Positions 11,675-25,446 of a stretch of DNA of 64,000 nucleotides are shown here, piece after piece. The stretch comes from Octopus vulgaris (taxonomy: Eukaryota). The notes beneath the pieces were generated by a model. That model saw only the letters and a program-made list of their open reading frames with translations. It did not search any database and was not told the origin of the DNA. The DNA is taken from the NCBI GenBank assembly GCA_951406725.2, contig OX597821.1, positions 65,348,001 to 65,412,000 of the forward strand, given 5' to 3'. A program made the translations under genes and the position numbers. How positions within the stretch are numbered: position 1 is the stretch's first letter; each line of letters starts with the position of its first letter.

Positions 11675-12608
11675 AATGTGCATTCAAATCAAAAAAATAT
11701 CTGACTTTGTATTTCCCGCCCAAAATAAAGCCACGTGGGCAAAATACTTTGGACCAGAAGTGACGCTACCCTTCCCGTGCGAGAAGAAAAATTTTCTCGC
11801 CGGCAGGCCGCATCAGTTCCCGGCTGTTACGCTTGGAGTAAAGCATGTAGTGTGCGCTCATAGAATTTTCGTTTTCAACTAAGATAACAGAACGCATGGA
11901 GTACAAACCATAAACCCAAGTCTTATCACCAGTGATAATGGCCTTCATGAAGTCTGGATCGTGGTTGGCACAGTCCAGCTTGTCCGGAGCGATTTCTATG
12001 CGGAGTTGCTTCTTTAGCTCCACCAGCACCTAGGGCACGAATTACTCCCGACACTCTGCACGCACACAAATCCTCCCTTAAAATGAAACGCACTGATTCT
12101 GTGCTTATTTCCAATTTATGAGTAATTTCTTGGATTGTTACACGACAGTCCTCCGTGACTACTCACCGATCCGTCTCAACCGGTTCCTCGTTTCGACTTG
12201 TGGATGACTTGCCTGAGCGAGCCTCGCAATCCGCTCAGGTGCAGCCATGTTTGAAGCGGTTCTACCACTCCTTGATCTGCGTCTTTTCTATGGTGTCATT
12301 GCCAAACGCCTTCCGAATCTTCTGAATGGTTTGAAGTCAAGTATCACCATTCTTTTGGCAAAACCTTATGCAATGTCTCTTCTCGGTGCATTCGGTTATC
12401 TTACGTGAAAACAAAATTTCTACAAGCGCGCATTAGATGCCTGCATTCTATGCGAAACAACCGGGAACCAACGCCATCTACCAGCATGACATTTTTTTAC
12501 TCATGCGCATGAAGAGTGATGTTACCTCCATCTGAAAGAATTTTGCCTACCCGGCATTAGTTTTAGCGAAGAAAAATAAAATTGGATACTTTTTGCACGC
12601 ACCTCGTA
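11675..12608 (-). mobile_element. Defective mariner element with ~220-bp long inverted repeats
   Basis: Minus frames give ...FMKAIITGDKTWVYG (first catalytic D motif) and an HTH-like segment. The right end is TA|CGAGGTGCGTGCAAAAAGTATCC on the minus strand. 11690-11900 is a diverged inverted copy of 12385-12600. Confidence 0.8.
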
Positions 12609-12654
12609 TGCATTGATTCCGTCTTAGTCTCTATTTCTGTTTGTCTATCTGCCA

Positions 12655-12698
<44 letters not shown>

Positions 12699-12886
12699 AC
12701 CTCTTTCACTCTTCCCCGCTCTCTTTATATATCATTATATAATTAATATCCTTATACGTGTGTTTATTTATATAAACAAAAATACTATAAATATTTATTC
12801 ATATATGTATATATTTGTATGGTGTGCGTATGCATTTATGCATACATAAATGTATATGCACAACATACATAAATACATACATATAT

Positions 12887-12964
<78 letters not shown>

Positions 12965-13435
12965 ATATATATGTATATATATGTATATATATACATGCCT
13001 ATATATATATATGTATATATATGCATACTTGCGTTTTTGTATCTATATAACCATATCAGATTTATTTGCACACGTAATCATATAAATTGAAGATTGATAG
13101 TTAGAGGAACGCATATATTTTAAGTACGCATATTGATAAACATAAATGCTCAAATAGCTGCATCCAAATCCATATATTACATATACATGCATAAATGTGA
13201 GGTGAGTCCTGTTGGTGAGGTTAACCGAACGTTTAAAACATAATTCTCTTCCCTTGGTTTACATCATAATTTCCAAAATATATTTAATTCTTTACCGATA
13301 CGATCAGAGCTTATTGAAAACTTTCTGCTTTCATTCTACTTCGCGGTCTTATTATTATTCTTTTCCTTCCAAATTTTATTCATGCTTTTAAATTGATTTT
13401 TGTTTTCTTCTCTTCTTTTTCTTTACTTTCGAATA

Positions 13436-13690
<255 letters not shown>

Positions 13691-14884
13691 ATTGTTATGT
13701 ATATAGATTCTTATGTAGCTCGAAAGTATAAGAATTTCCATCTTGCTTAAAGTTTATTATCCATATAACAGCACCGTAACGCAAAACCTTTTATTCCAGT
13801 AATTTGACCAACAAATCCATTTTCACGCTTCTCTAAGCATATTTCGGAATTAATAATTACATATAGAATGCTCCAAGTGCATCTTATTACACGGTCTGTG
13901 ACACTGACGAATTATGGTCTATGTAAGAAAACATGGAAGATGCGGAAGAGGAGGTGGAGGAAGGAGAGAGGAGTCGGAGGAGTCGGAGGAGGCTCAGTAA
14001 GGAAGGTGCTATATTTTCGGCTAAGCTACTTTTACGTATGTTCTGTGTTTGTTACTCAGGTTATTATTATGTTGCCCAATATCCGGCCACAACGGTTCAA
14101 ATTTTACGGGGTTTTTTCCCCCCGAAGAACAGAAAGGAATGTGTATAATGTGATTTTTTAAAAAGAAAATATTGTTGCTTTTCTTACTAATTATTCAATA
14201 TTTGATTTAAACTGTATTATCGAAATGGCGAACAATGTAATTTAGTCGACGAAACATTTAATGTGATTTCTTTTCCAACCGCCTCCCTCCCTCTTCTTTT
14301 TCTTTGTGTCTTTATTTCTCCCTTTTCCTCCCCTCCTTCCCTTTATCTCTCTTTCTCTTTCAATAACATCATTCATCATGGAACGAAGCTGGCCAATTGC
14401 ATCCCCATACACAAATCAATATATATTTACATACTCATCGATCTATCAATATATCCTGGCTTTAAATGTTGTATGCCTTGAGATCCCATGAAGTGTTGTT
14501 TTTTTTTCTTCTTAATAATTCAACACAAAACATTATTTTGAAAACAAATATATAAAAAGTGAACTGAAAAAATCTACAGACCATCGGAGAGAAGCCAACG
14601 CGCTGTTTAGTTTCGTTCTGAGTTCATATTCTACTGAGACCGATATCATTCTTTCGTTGGTGGATCAAATGGGAACCGGTGAAGAAGTTGTTAGGATCGG
14701 ACCGACTATAATCCACTACAAAGATATTTGACCAAATGTTTTAATAAAATAATCAAACTGAATGAGAGGGACAACAAATAGTTTATCTATGATAGGATGG
14801 AATTGAATGTAACTAAAATTATTACATCGATTTATTTCCCTATTTCTTAATTCATATGTTATAGCGATTTCAAATTTCATCTTT

Positions 14885-15083
14885 TAGCACAAGGCCAGCA
14901 AGTTCTGAGTAGGGTGTAATTCGATTACATCGAGCGCAGAGTTCAAATAGTACTTATTTAATAGACTCCGGAAGGATAAAAGGGAAAGTCTACCCCCACG
15001 GAATTTGAACTCAGAACGTAAAGATGGCGAAATGCTGCTAAGCTTTTTCCCCCGACAATCTAACGATTCTGCCAGCTCACCGC
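14885..15083 (-). mobile_element. Family B SINE
   Basis: GAATTTGAACTCAGAACGTA...AACGATTCTGCCAGCTCACCGC. Confidence 0.75.
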
Positions 15084-15769
15084 TAATTCAATGTTATATT
15101 CCTAGACAAAATTGTTTCTTCGTAAATAAATTATCAAGGACAGCTATCATTGATTTAGTTTTCTCTTTTCTTCAGCAACACATGACAGTTATATATCTAT
15201 TCAATCTTGAAGGAATGAATGTAAAAGTTTATTTTATTGCCTGCTTTAGCACAACCACTTGAACCTTTCTCGTACTTTTATTGAAGTTCATCCTATTGTA
15301 AGCTTTTCGGACTAAGTCACCGTTGGGAATAATTCGATAACTTCATGTGCTACCCCCAACTCTGGCAACGCATGAGTTTTGGTTTCTTCATCAGTTGTTT
15401 TCCTCCTTCAGTCTTAGAAGCTTTTGGTGTCATGGTCGCTGTCTTTATGCATCTAAAAAAGCCAAGAAACCGGGGGAAATGTATATACTCAGAGACGTTA
15501 TATTCCGTTATCCTCGCAATAAAGGAGATCACACATATTGATATATAGTAGCTCTTATAAAAATGTATACGGTAAGGTCCTGTATTATTATTGTATGTAT
15601 AACATAATACAAACGTGTAGCATTTTTGTGCATTTTGTTTGCAGAAAATAAAGAAATAACAGTAATAACAGTAATAACGTTTAATAAATGTTGCTTACTG
15701 CAAGTTATGAATGATTCTTTTATGACTTCATGCTTTCAGGCTTCGCTTAGGGTATTTTAGCGCCCGACA

Positions 15770-15931
15770 TCACAAAATGCGTCTGAATAAATATTGCCGG
15801 ACAGCAAATAGAGACTCGGATATTGCTCAGAAAATAATTTTCATTTTAAACCTGGTATATAGTACGCACTAGGGATTTTGACCTATAAATTTTGGGGAAA
15901 AAATGCAGATTATACTCGAGGATTTACGGTA
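15770..15931 (-). mobile_element. Terminal fragment of a pogo/Tc2-like DNA transposon
   Basis: Reverse-complement homologue of 379-539. Confidence 0.55.
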
Positions 15932-16067
15932 ATTACTTTTGAGGTACGTTTTCAACACGTAGATGAAAATAATCCTTAATTCTTACATTCTGATGTCTTT
16001 TTCTTGGCTTACTTCTTGATTACTTTATAATATAGTGTTTAAATTCGTAATGATTTTACCCTTTTAA

Positions 16068-17052
16068 AATGAATTTAGATGACACCCATATTAAATACTG
16101 CGTGCTATACGAGTTCAAAGAGTGGTCCTCAGCAATAAAAGTGACCAGAAATATCTGTTCTGCCTATGGAAATGAAGCCTTAATAGTTTGGACATGCAAA
16201 CAATTGTTAGGCTAGTTTCGCTTGAAAACGCTTTCCTGTTTGAGACTACGCTCGATCTGGATGGCAAGCCTAGACATCCAGATTCTATTTTAAAACCGTA
16301 GCTGAGAAAAATCGGAAGCCAGCTGCACGAGAATTGGGAAAACCATTTAATTGAAGCCAGACTTCGATCATAAAATACATTCATGAACTAGGAAAAATGT
16401 TATAACCTGCTCATTGGGCCCTCATAATCTGGCTTCTTCTCTGCTTTATCAAGGAGTTTCCCTTTGCTCGTCACTGAAGTGTAGACGATACAGCGAACGT
16501 TTCTTGGGTAGTATCATCACAATGGATGAAAAGTTGATTCTCTGTAAATCATATCTAATGAATACTACAATGATTATCATCCAATGGAAATAGACACTCC
16601 ATCCCCTGACCAAGGTTACACCTGAAAATATTTACCGTCAGAGTTTAGTGTAATATGAAGAGTGTCATATTCCATGAAGTTTTAAACCGAAATGAAATAG
16701 TTAATGCCGTCAATTGAAAAAGGGTTCATCATTGGCCAGTCATAAAGGGGTGTTCTTGTTACACGACAATGCAAGACCACATTTTGCCCATATCCTCCAG
16801 GAAAAGATTAGGGTATTAGAATATGGACGCTTTGTTTTATCCTCCTTACTTTGCTGACCTCAGTCCTTCTGGCTATCATTTTTCCAGATCATTGCAACGG
16901 TATTGAGGGCAAATCAGTTTATTAATTGTGGAGAAATTACAAATGATATTGTGTGTTTCTTTGCTCTGAAACCTGAAGAATTTTATGCCCAAGTGATGGA
17001 TTTACCAGATAGAGATTGGATTAAAAATTGTCTTTATCACTATCTTGATTAA
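16068..17052 (+). pseudogene. Decayed mariner (DD34D) transposase
   Basis: Motif remnants CVLYEFK, ITMDEKLIL, LHDNARPH and YPPYFADLSPSGYHF, with multiple stops and frameshifts. Confidence 0.88.
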
Positions 17053-17070
17053 ATAGGCACAGGAGTGGCT

Positions 17071-17475
17071 AGACACGTGTGAAAGGGGTTGTGACGGGTA
17101 CCTTTGTATCCGGCCAGGGGCTGATCATCTTTTTTAGTTACCACCTCAGCAGCAAGATCAGGCTCGAGAAGCGGTACTTGTCACGGGAGAAATTCGAGAC
17201 GAGATGGAAGCCTGTTGTAAGAAAGCTGGAAGTGATTGGCATCAAGTAAGTGGAGCCCTGGAAGAAAAGCAAAGGCCCTACCCTGATGCCGGATGCCTTT
17301 CCTTCGGTATCACATTGCATAACACAATGTATTTTATTCTATTTTATTCTTAATTATTCCCCCTTTACATATTTTTAATCGATTCATAGTGCTTTAAGCT
17401 ACTTCACCATTCTATGTTTGTCAGTCCATGTTTGTCCCCTCTGTATTATGCCTACATAGCAAATTTATTGAGATA
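17071..17475 (+). mobile_element. Possible L1/Tx1-like 3' fragment inserted in a SINE head
   Basis: Frame FSYHLSSKIRLEKRYLSREKFETRWKPV ends in a stop. The SINE A head is split: GGCACAGGAGTGGCT| ... |AAGTAGCTTGC. Confidence 0.45.
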
Positions 17476-17616
17476 AAGTAGCTTGCTTACCAACCGCATG
17501 GTTCCGTGTTCATTCCCACTACGTGGCACCTTGGTCAAGTGTCTTCTACTATAGCCTTGGACCGACCAAAGCCTTGTGAGTGGATTTGGTAGACGGAAAT
17601 TGAAAGAAGCCCGTCG

Positions 17617-17691
<75 letters not shown>

Positions 17692-17920
17692 ATGTATGTG
17701 TGAGTATATGTTTGCGTGTCTGTGTTTGTCCCCCAACATCGCTTGACAACCGATGCTGGTGTGTTTACGCCCCCGTAACTTAGCGGTTCGTTAAAAGAGA
17801 TCGACAGAAGAAGTACTAGGCTTACAAAGAATAAGTCCCTGGGTCGATTTGCTCGTCGAAAGGCGCTGCTCCAGCATGGCCGCAGTCAAATGACTGAAAC
17901 AAGTAAAAGAGTAAAAGAGT
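17476..17920 (+). mobile_element. Family A SINE (5' 15 nt at 17056-17070)
   Basis: Near-consensus match to 36545-36952. Confidence 0.88.
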
Positions 17921-18954
17921 AAATATCTCCATTAAGACAAAAGAAGCATTTGTTTGTTCCCCACCTTCAAATGTGAGAGGCTTTCTTTGTAACCTGATAT
18001 ATAAAAGATAATCTAGAGACATAAATTATATTTTTAAAAGATCACCGAGACATTTTGTGAAGGGCATAGTAAAAGAATCGCTGGTTTAGATTCTCAGATT
18101 TAAATCAGATGCCTCGGGTATCGCATGAACATAGATTTCTTTCGCTTATTTCTATAGAACATGTAAATTAATTCACCTGTTATTTAATTTATCTGATTAA
18201 TGATGGTACTACACTTCAACTTAACTACTTCATATGAATTACTGCTGTATGCTGTACCGAAACATATACTTATGACTAGCTGGTGGTTAATTACTCTAGA
18301 ACACAGTCCACTCACACTTAAATATTATTTCAACAAGCTTATATATATATATGATGGATTCTCTTGTGAACAACAAAAGGAAGTTCAGTAAAATAAAGCG
18401 TTAATCACGTTCTATGGATACGAATGTGTCTGTTGAGACCTGTTGGTGCCTTGCAAAACTTTTGGCAAATGGAACAAGTTGGGGACCCAGTTTGCCTGAG
18501 TGCTTATGGCATCTACTGTGTGTTTTCGTCAGTAGACTGCGAGGCCTGCTTTGCTTTGTACCACAAAACCACAATGACAAGTAAGGTTTCCATTTAGAGG
18601 AGCAACGTTTTGCTAGCGCGCCTTCATATATATATATATATATATATTTATTACGTTTATATAATTGTTGTGCAAGATTATATATATATATATATAAAGA
18701 TAAATTGAATATAGTGATATTCTATTGACAATCCAATAATTTATTTATGTTACAATATTACATTAAATACTATGAATATAATATATAACAAAACATGATA
18801 TTATATAAAGGACTATAAAAACCGTAAAAGGCCAACAAATTCTTTCGACTTATATATATTTTTTATGATACACATAATCACAATTTCATTATATATATGT
18901 CATTTCAGGGTCCTTCGTTCAGAAAGACAAATTCCCGTCTGAAAGGATTACTGG

Positions 18955-19019
<65 letters not shown>

Positions 19020-19770
19020 ATCCAGCCTTTTACACACATATATATATATTCGGAGAAAGAGAGACAGAGAGAGAAGAGGGAGAGAGAGAAAAAGATGGCA
19101 AACACGAGAGAAATAGAAGTAATTATTTCAAATACCATAGAACTAAAATTCTTGATTTATTAAAATCACCTTTGTGTCATGAGGACGAGTTGCAATCACA
19201 GATTGTAAAATAAAAGTACCTCCATATAAGAACAGCTCAAATAGAAGGCCTGCCCCGAATGTTGGCAAAAGAAAAAAACTTTGCTGAAAGCACAAAATGA
19301 ATAGAAACGATGATGTTAAATGAACCGATGGATTGCTTTAAATATGAATTTTTTTGTTCTTTTTTTTTGTTCTGGCCACGCAGCGCTGCTGATGAAGGGA
19401 GAAAGACAATGCGTAACCTTTGAATGCCAGTATCTTTCTGGAGATGCTTGACATAATGGCTCCACCTGTTATTTGCTATATTTGTCACTGATAGAAAGGG
19501 TCTTATAGAGTTTGTGTTTGTATATTTTATTATTACTTCGATATTCCAGATTTACACTGCAACTATTATTTTTGACCTCACATGCCTAATCAAACAATTG
19601 AAGGTTCTATTATCGCGTTCATATTTTGATTCTCAAAAGAGAATGCAAGCAAGCTTTTGTTTCTATGGTGGTTAATTTGATTTGAAAGGCTTTTGTATTT
19701 AGCCTTTTCTAATGTATGTTTGTTCGTTCAAACGATTTGTGCTTGCATATATATATATATATACACACAC

Positions 19771-19836
<66 letters not shown>

Positions 19837-19837
19837 T

Positions 19838-20163
19838 ACGAAGATGTACTTGCATACCAAGTGATTTGATCTGAGATCGTGTGCTGGAACGAAAACAATT
19901 GCAGCGTGGAAGGTGTTTGTAAGCCATTTAAGTAACACACAAAAGCCGTTCGATTCACTTCAACATTTAAGTTTAATTTGTCAAAATATTTTCGTCGCTA
20001 TAAGACCGCGACCTGTTCGTGATGCAGCACGGATTTTTGTCAGTGAACAGATCGCGGTTTTATAGCGACGAAAATATTTTGACAAATTAAACTTAAATGT
20101 TGAAGTGAATCGAACGGCTTTTGTGTGTTTCTTAAATGGCTTACAAACACTTTCCACGCTGCA

Positions 20164-20169
<6 letters not shown>
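19838..20169 (+). mobile_element. (TA)n-flanked foldback element with a variant HHR
   Basis: Inverted repeat at 19895-20018/20045-20169, flanked by (TA)n. Confidence 0.8.
20036..20086 (+). ncRNA. Hammerhead-like fold with G3/C8 core (GUGAACA)
   Basis: UUUGUCA-GUGAACA-G-AUCGC(loop)GCGAC-GAAA-AUAU-UU-UGACAAA. The inverted arm has GUCGC, a perfect stem II. Confidence 0.65.
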
Positions 20170-20236
<67 letters not shown>

Positions 20237-20490
20237 ATCACGTGACCGACCAGACCATCAGATATTGTTACACATCGCTGGTCACAATGCGTTCGCGTTG
20301 TTTTAGCCTTCGAATGACGCCACCCCGCTGGATAAGTGAGCAGGCCAATATATATATATATATACAAATACACACACACGCACATAAATGTAAACACATT
20401 TGTTTTCTTTATTTTCTTATTACAATCGACGAAATGTGTTTTGTAAGATACAAATAAGATTAAGTTCTATATTTTAGAGATAAAGAATTA

Positions 20491-20700
20491 TAATATTTAC
20501 ATTGGACGGTTAGATATCCTCAACTTGATTATTGTTATCATAACATTTCGTTTGATGTATTCTTTGGCCTTTATCAGGTGTCCTGGTGGAATTTCAAACT
20601 TTCACCGTGACACCTTATGAAGGCTGGAGAGTACATCAGCCGAAACGTTGTGATAACAACAAACAAGTTGAGGACCCCTACCCGTCCAATGTAAATATTG
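20491..20700. mobile_element. Foldback with a degenerate minimal HHR in each arm
   Basis: Arms at 20491-20582 and 20609-20700. The plus arm reads GACAC-CUUAUGA-AGGCUG...CAGCC-GAAA-CG-UU-GUG. Confidence 0.6.
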
Positions 20701-20870
20701 TAAATAAGATTATATTTTTCCGAAGACAAAGTTGCCTTTAGAACAGCAGAACAGCTATGGCTAGCTGGTTGTTAACAAATTTTTCCGTCTTGTATAGGTA
20801 ACTTGCCCGGTTTTTCTGCTGTTCTAACGGCAACTCTGCATTCGATAAAATATTATCTTAGTTACATCGT

Positions 20871-20902
<32 letters not shown>

Positions 20903-20906
<4 letters not shown>

Positions 20907-21420
20907 AAATGGGACAAGAACACAAAACATCCAGACAGCAAGATGATACAAAAAAGGGACAGCAAAACATCCAGTTTGGCGATACAAAGAAAACAAGGAC
21001 GGGTCATTCGGAGTTTTCTTTCCTCAGTCGAGTCCCAGATTATCTTTGCAATTTCGGCTGGTTATACTCGAGATTGCTCCAATCTAGCCAGCCCCAAGGA
21101 AAGACTAAGCTAAGAACTTTAGATTCCTTGGAAGAAAGCAGCGATATTGAAACAAGGACGGAAAAAAACAGAGAATGTTACACAAATACAAATAACAGGA
21201 CATAACAACAGGTGTCTTTCGACTAAGGACGAATTAAATTAAGCTGGCGTGTGTGGCAGATTGTATCCCTTACGGCAAGGATACATGATTTCACAGGCAC
21301 AGGGAGGAATACAGACGTTGCACGGCGGCGGCCGAACCAAGAAAGAAATGCCAGGCTTGGATGAATACTGGTCACGTAGGGAGATAAGAGAGAGAGAGCG
21401 GTGGAGGCAGTGGGACATAT
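20903..21420. mobile_element. TA-associated interspersed repeat (copies at 23308-23790 and 61035-61262)
   Basis: Shared CAAAATGGGACAAG..AAAACATCCAG and CCAATCTGGCCAGCCCCAAGGAAA..TAAG blocks. Confidence 0.75.
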
Positions 21421-21675
21421 TTCTTAAAATTAATATAAGGTAGGAAAAATTATAGAAATTTTTTCCACCAGTGGTCTAGTATGTATACAAAGTCAAAGGA
21501 CATATTTTTCATATGGAAATTTTCAGAAATAACTTTAGCAATTTCTGAAGTTTAATCGGAATTTTTATTTCCTGCCAATTGAATTAGCGCTTGCGCGGAG
21601 GATTTGAAAAATTATAGTATATAAGAATGAGACATGTGTTATTTGGTCTCTAATTTATATATTAATGTTTTGGCG

Positions 21676-21749
21676 TATCCGCTGATGAGAAATTCGCCTT
21701 GTAAATTATTTTATTTGCTAATTAAAGTTCGAAACCTGAGGTCCGGTTG
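21676..21749 (+). ncRNA. Type I hammerhead ribozyme
   Basis: UAUCCG-CUGAUGA-GAA...UUC-GAAA-CCUGAGG-UC-CGGUUG, inside a ~460-bp element ending at (TA)n 21880. Confidence 0.75.
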
Positions 21750-21877
21750 TAAAACATGGTAAATATTTTTATTTTTCATTCCCTTCGGAATTGCTCTTAA
21801 CTGTGGTTTGGACTGTTCTTTCTAGTATGTTAGGCTACCTGTTAAGGCTCGCCTCTTTGTGTTTAAATCTACACTAA

Positions 21878-21957
<80 letters not shown>

Positions 21958-23307
21958 CATATAATTGTGCATATGTTAACAAGGATGCTTTTGCGTATAT
22001 CTTAGTTTTCAATGGAATGGCATGTTTTGTTTCGATAGTGACTTATTTAAATTGTGAGTCATGTATTTTCATTGGCTGTTTTAATCATTGGATTTCTACG
22101 TCCGTGTTGTCGTTTGGATATGTTGCAATATGTTTATACATGTGTGTTGGTCTGTTAAAATGTTTGCGTAGGTATCTGAGCGTCTGCTGACCCAGCACGT
22201 GGGCGGTTGAAGTATGAATTTATTCAAAACAAAAGAAAAGAAAATACTATTACCTTCTTCTTTATTGTGGGTTTCGGTGAAGACATTTTCCGATTTATTG
22301 AATTACTGCAAATCCATTTATTTAGGAAAAGGTTAGGAGTTATATAGAAGAGGTCACCTGATGTTGGAACTAATTATAGCATGAAATATTATCTGAAGAT
22401 GTAATTTATTAAATGAATGAAATGTTATTTTGTTTCTCTTTCCTGGGGTTTACAAATCGAATTGTTTTAGGGTAGCTGGAATGATTCATTTTATTAAATT
22501 ACCGCATATTACTCTATTTGAGAAATTGTTAGGAAACTGCTGTATACGAGCGATTTACTCTGATGTTACTAGTTAAGGTATGAAATATTAATTGGAGATG
22601 AAAGAGAAAACAATGTGTTACGTTTAGATTGATTTCTTATCACTGTTATCATACAGTGTTACGGTATTTAAGAAAATATTTGTAAATGTAAGGGCATAGA
22701 GGAATTAGATCTGTGACGTCACTATTTAATCTTTTGGTCGGGTGCTTCAGGTTTCGCAGATTTTCTAGGTCACAAAGGCTACAAAAGTAATTTGAGTGGG
22801 TATTAGATGAAGCGTTTCAATATCACTTTCTGTGAAAGTTCAGTTGATATGAGGATCTTGCGAGCTTTCATGTTTATGAAATGGATTTCCTCTAAATGCC
22901 AGTCAATTATCTCAAATATTACTATCAATACAGGTGCTACAAAAGCATTGTGAAATATTGTATTTTAAGAGGAGAGTTCTGACTGCTGGATTTCTTTAAG
23001 TCTCGTATAAATTCTTTCATTGCTTTATTCTTACAGAACCTTCGTGTGATATACTTTCACCAATGCCAATCTATATACAAACATACATACGCATGTGTAT
23101 GAGTGTAAGAATGGCTGGATGTATAACCTCATTATACTGCGAGTCAAAGCATTTGAAAAAGGAGAAATATAGTGCTGAATATACATTGTAGATTATTATA
23201 CAATTTATTCTAGGCTGAATGCGATACTAATAATTTTACATATATATAATATATAATATATGAAATATAACTAAATAAAATGATATAATATATGTATGTA
23301 TATAAAA

Positions 23308-23574
23308 AATACAAAATGGGACAAGGAGGTAAAACATCCAGAAGACGATACAAAAAACACGGACGGGTCATTTTCAGTCAAGAACCGGATCATCCTCGCT
23401 ATTTCGGATGATCAATCTTGAGATTGATCCAATCTGGCCAGCCCCAAGGAAAAACTAAACTAAGAGCATTAGATTCCTTGGAAAAAAGCTTCGAATGTAT
23501 ACGAAACAAGGACGGAAAAAAGGACGATGTTTCACGAATATAAATACAAAAATAATACAAAAAACAACAACAAC

Positions 23575-23621
<47 letters not shown>

Positions 23622-23790
23622 TAATAACAGGACATCACAACAGGCGTCTTTCAACTGGAAACGAATTAAATTCAGCTGGCGTGTTAGGAATTAAGCATTA
23701 CGGCAGAGGAAAAATGTCGATGTGACAGCGACCGCTGCCAAATCCAAAAAGGCCAGTAGTCGGCCAGCAGTGACGTGAGAAGAGAGGAGA
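23308..23790. mobile_element. Second copy of the 20903-21420 repeat family
   Basis: Colinear similarity with 20903-21420. Confidence 0.7.
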
Positions 23791-24245
23791 GAGGAAAAAG
23801 AGGAACAAAGGAATTAAGGAGGGGGAGAAGAGAGAGAGAGAGAGAAAAAGGGAAAGACAGGGACAACGTGAAGTGCAAAGTAAGAAAGGCAAAGGACTGT
23901 AAGAGATGTATGTATGTGTGTGTGTATATGTGTGTGCGTGTGTATGTATGTATATCTGTTTTGAGTGGACTGTACGAGAAAAGAGTTCTCAAAACCATGG
24001 TAGAGATTAATGATAATTTATTGTGGCCGAGTCATTCTCTTGAGTCACAACTTGCCTGAAGGTCTGTGTACCTAAAGGAGAAACTCAGATTAGCAAGTGA
24101 TATATATAGACTCAACTGATATGAGAATAGTATATGCATATTTATATATGTATATGTACATGTGTGTGCGTGTATATATACAAGAGAGTGGGACAGTAAT
24201 ACAAATAACAATTGCATGACTCTCTAACTCACCTTCGTGTGCGTG

Positions 24246-24279
<34 letters not shown>

Positions 24280-24339
24280 TGTGTGTACATGTACTTGTAT
24301 ATGTGTGTATTTATGCAAATACGTATGTTTGTTATTTTT

Positions 24340-24536
24340 TATTGCCCACAAGGGTCTAAACATAGAGAAGACAAACCAGGACAGACAAAAACATTAAGTC
24401 GATTACATCGATCGCAGTGCGTAACTGGTTCTTATTTAATCGACCCCGAAAGGATGAAAGGCTAAGTCGACCTCGGTGGAATTTGAACTCAGAACGTAAA
24501 GACAGACTTGCTAACATTTCTGCCAGCTCGCCGCCT
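24340..24536 (-). mobile_element. Family B SINE
   Basis: CGACCCCGAAAGGATGAAAGGC...GAATTTGAACTCAGAACG. Confidence 0.8.
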
Positions 24537-25332
24537 TTGTGACGTATGTTTGTGTCAGGTCACTTGTGAGGCCTGTCATGAGTGCTATTGGTAACGTGGA
24601 ATGCAGTACAACCTGTTATATGGTTGGATCCCCAGAGACTAAACTAGCACCCCACTAAGCCTGAGTGGTGAGGATTATTGCTAGAAACCTTATAAGACCT
24701 ATCAAAATAACGGATGAACTTTGTGTAGGTTCAATGAATATTTAGCAATAGCACGAGTCCTCAGAAATCCCGGGCTGGAGTCCTATGTGCTGGAAGACTG
24801 CGGCGGGTGAGGCATCCCTTTGCTTGTGCTAGAGCATGTTTCTCGAAGATCACTCTGATGTAAAATGAAATATGCAGAGAATGAATGGCATTGAACATTT
24901 TGTTGATCTTATGCTTGCATTTGAGATCATGGAGCTCCAACATTCCTGAGCCTGCGACCCATACTCGCAGTGGATATCTTGCCCTAGCTTGTATCTGGAT
25001 CATTGTCAGCAGAGTGGAGAGGCTCCGTTCGGTGTTGCGGAAGTCCTTATTGGACCTAAAATTTTAGGTTTTGCAATCACCGGTAAAGCTACGGTCAGAT
25101 GCCTGTCGAGTTGGAGGTTGCTGAGGCGAGCATGGAAGCTGCAGGCGTGATCCCGAGTGAAGCTGACTGCTAGTGCAATAACCTCATGCACGGGCATTGC
25201 TGGCATTTTGCATACGCAATGGTCAGTGATGGTCTTCCTCCGTCACGAGTGAACAGTCATAAATCATCATCAATCCCACTTTCTCTCTCTTCCTCTCTCT
25301 TTCGCTCTATATACGCACACACACACATACAC

Positions 25333-25446
<114 letters not shown>

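Noticed and set aside
18601-18930. Partial HHR-like strings on the minus strand (AUGAAGGC..GCAAAACGUU; CUGAACGAAGGACCCUGAAA)
   Set aside because: Cores are truncated or altered and there is no convincing stem I.
22385-22435. CUGAAGA...GAAAUGUU HHR-like motif
   Set aside because: Stems I and II pair poorly in AT-rich sequence; it may be chance or a very old remnant.
24780-25250. Possible L1/Tx1-like remnant (similar weak signal at 57560-57900)
   Set aside because: Too degenerate to support by eye.
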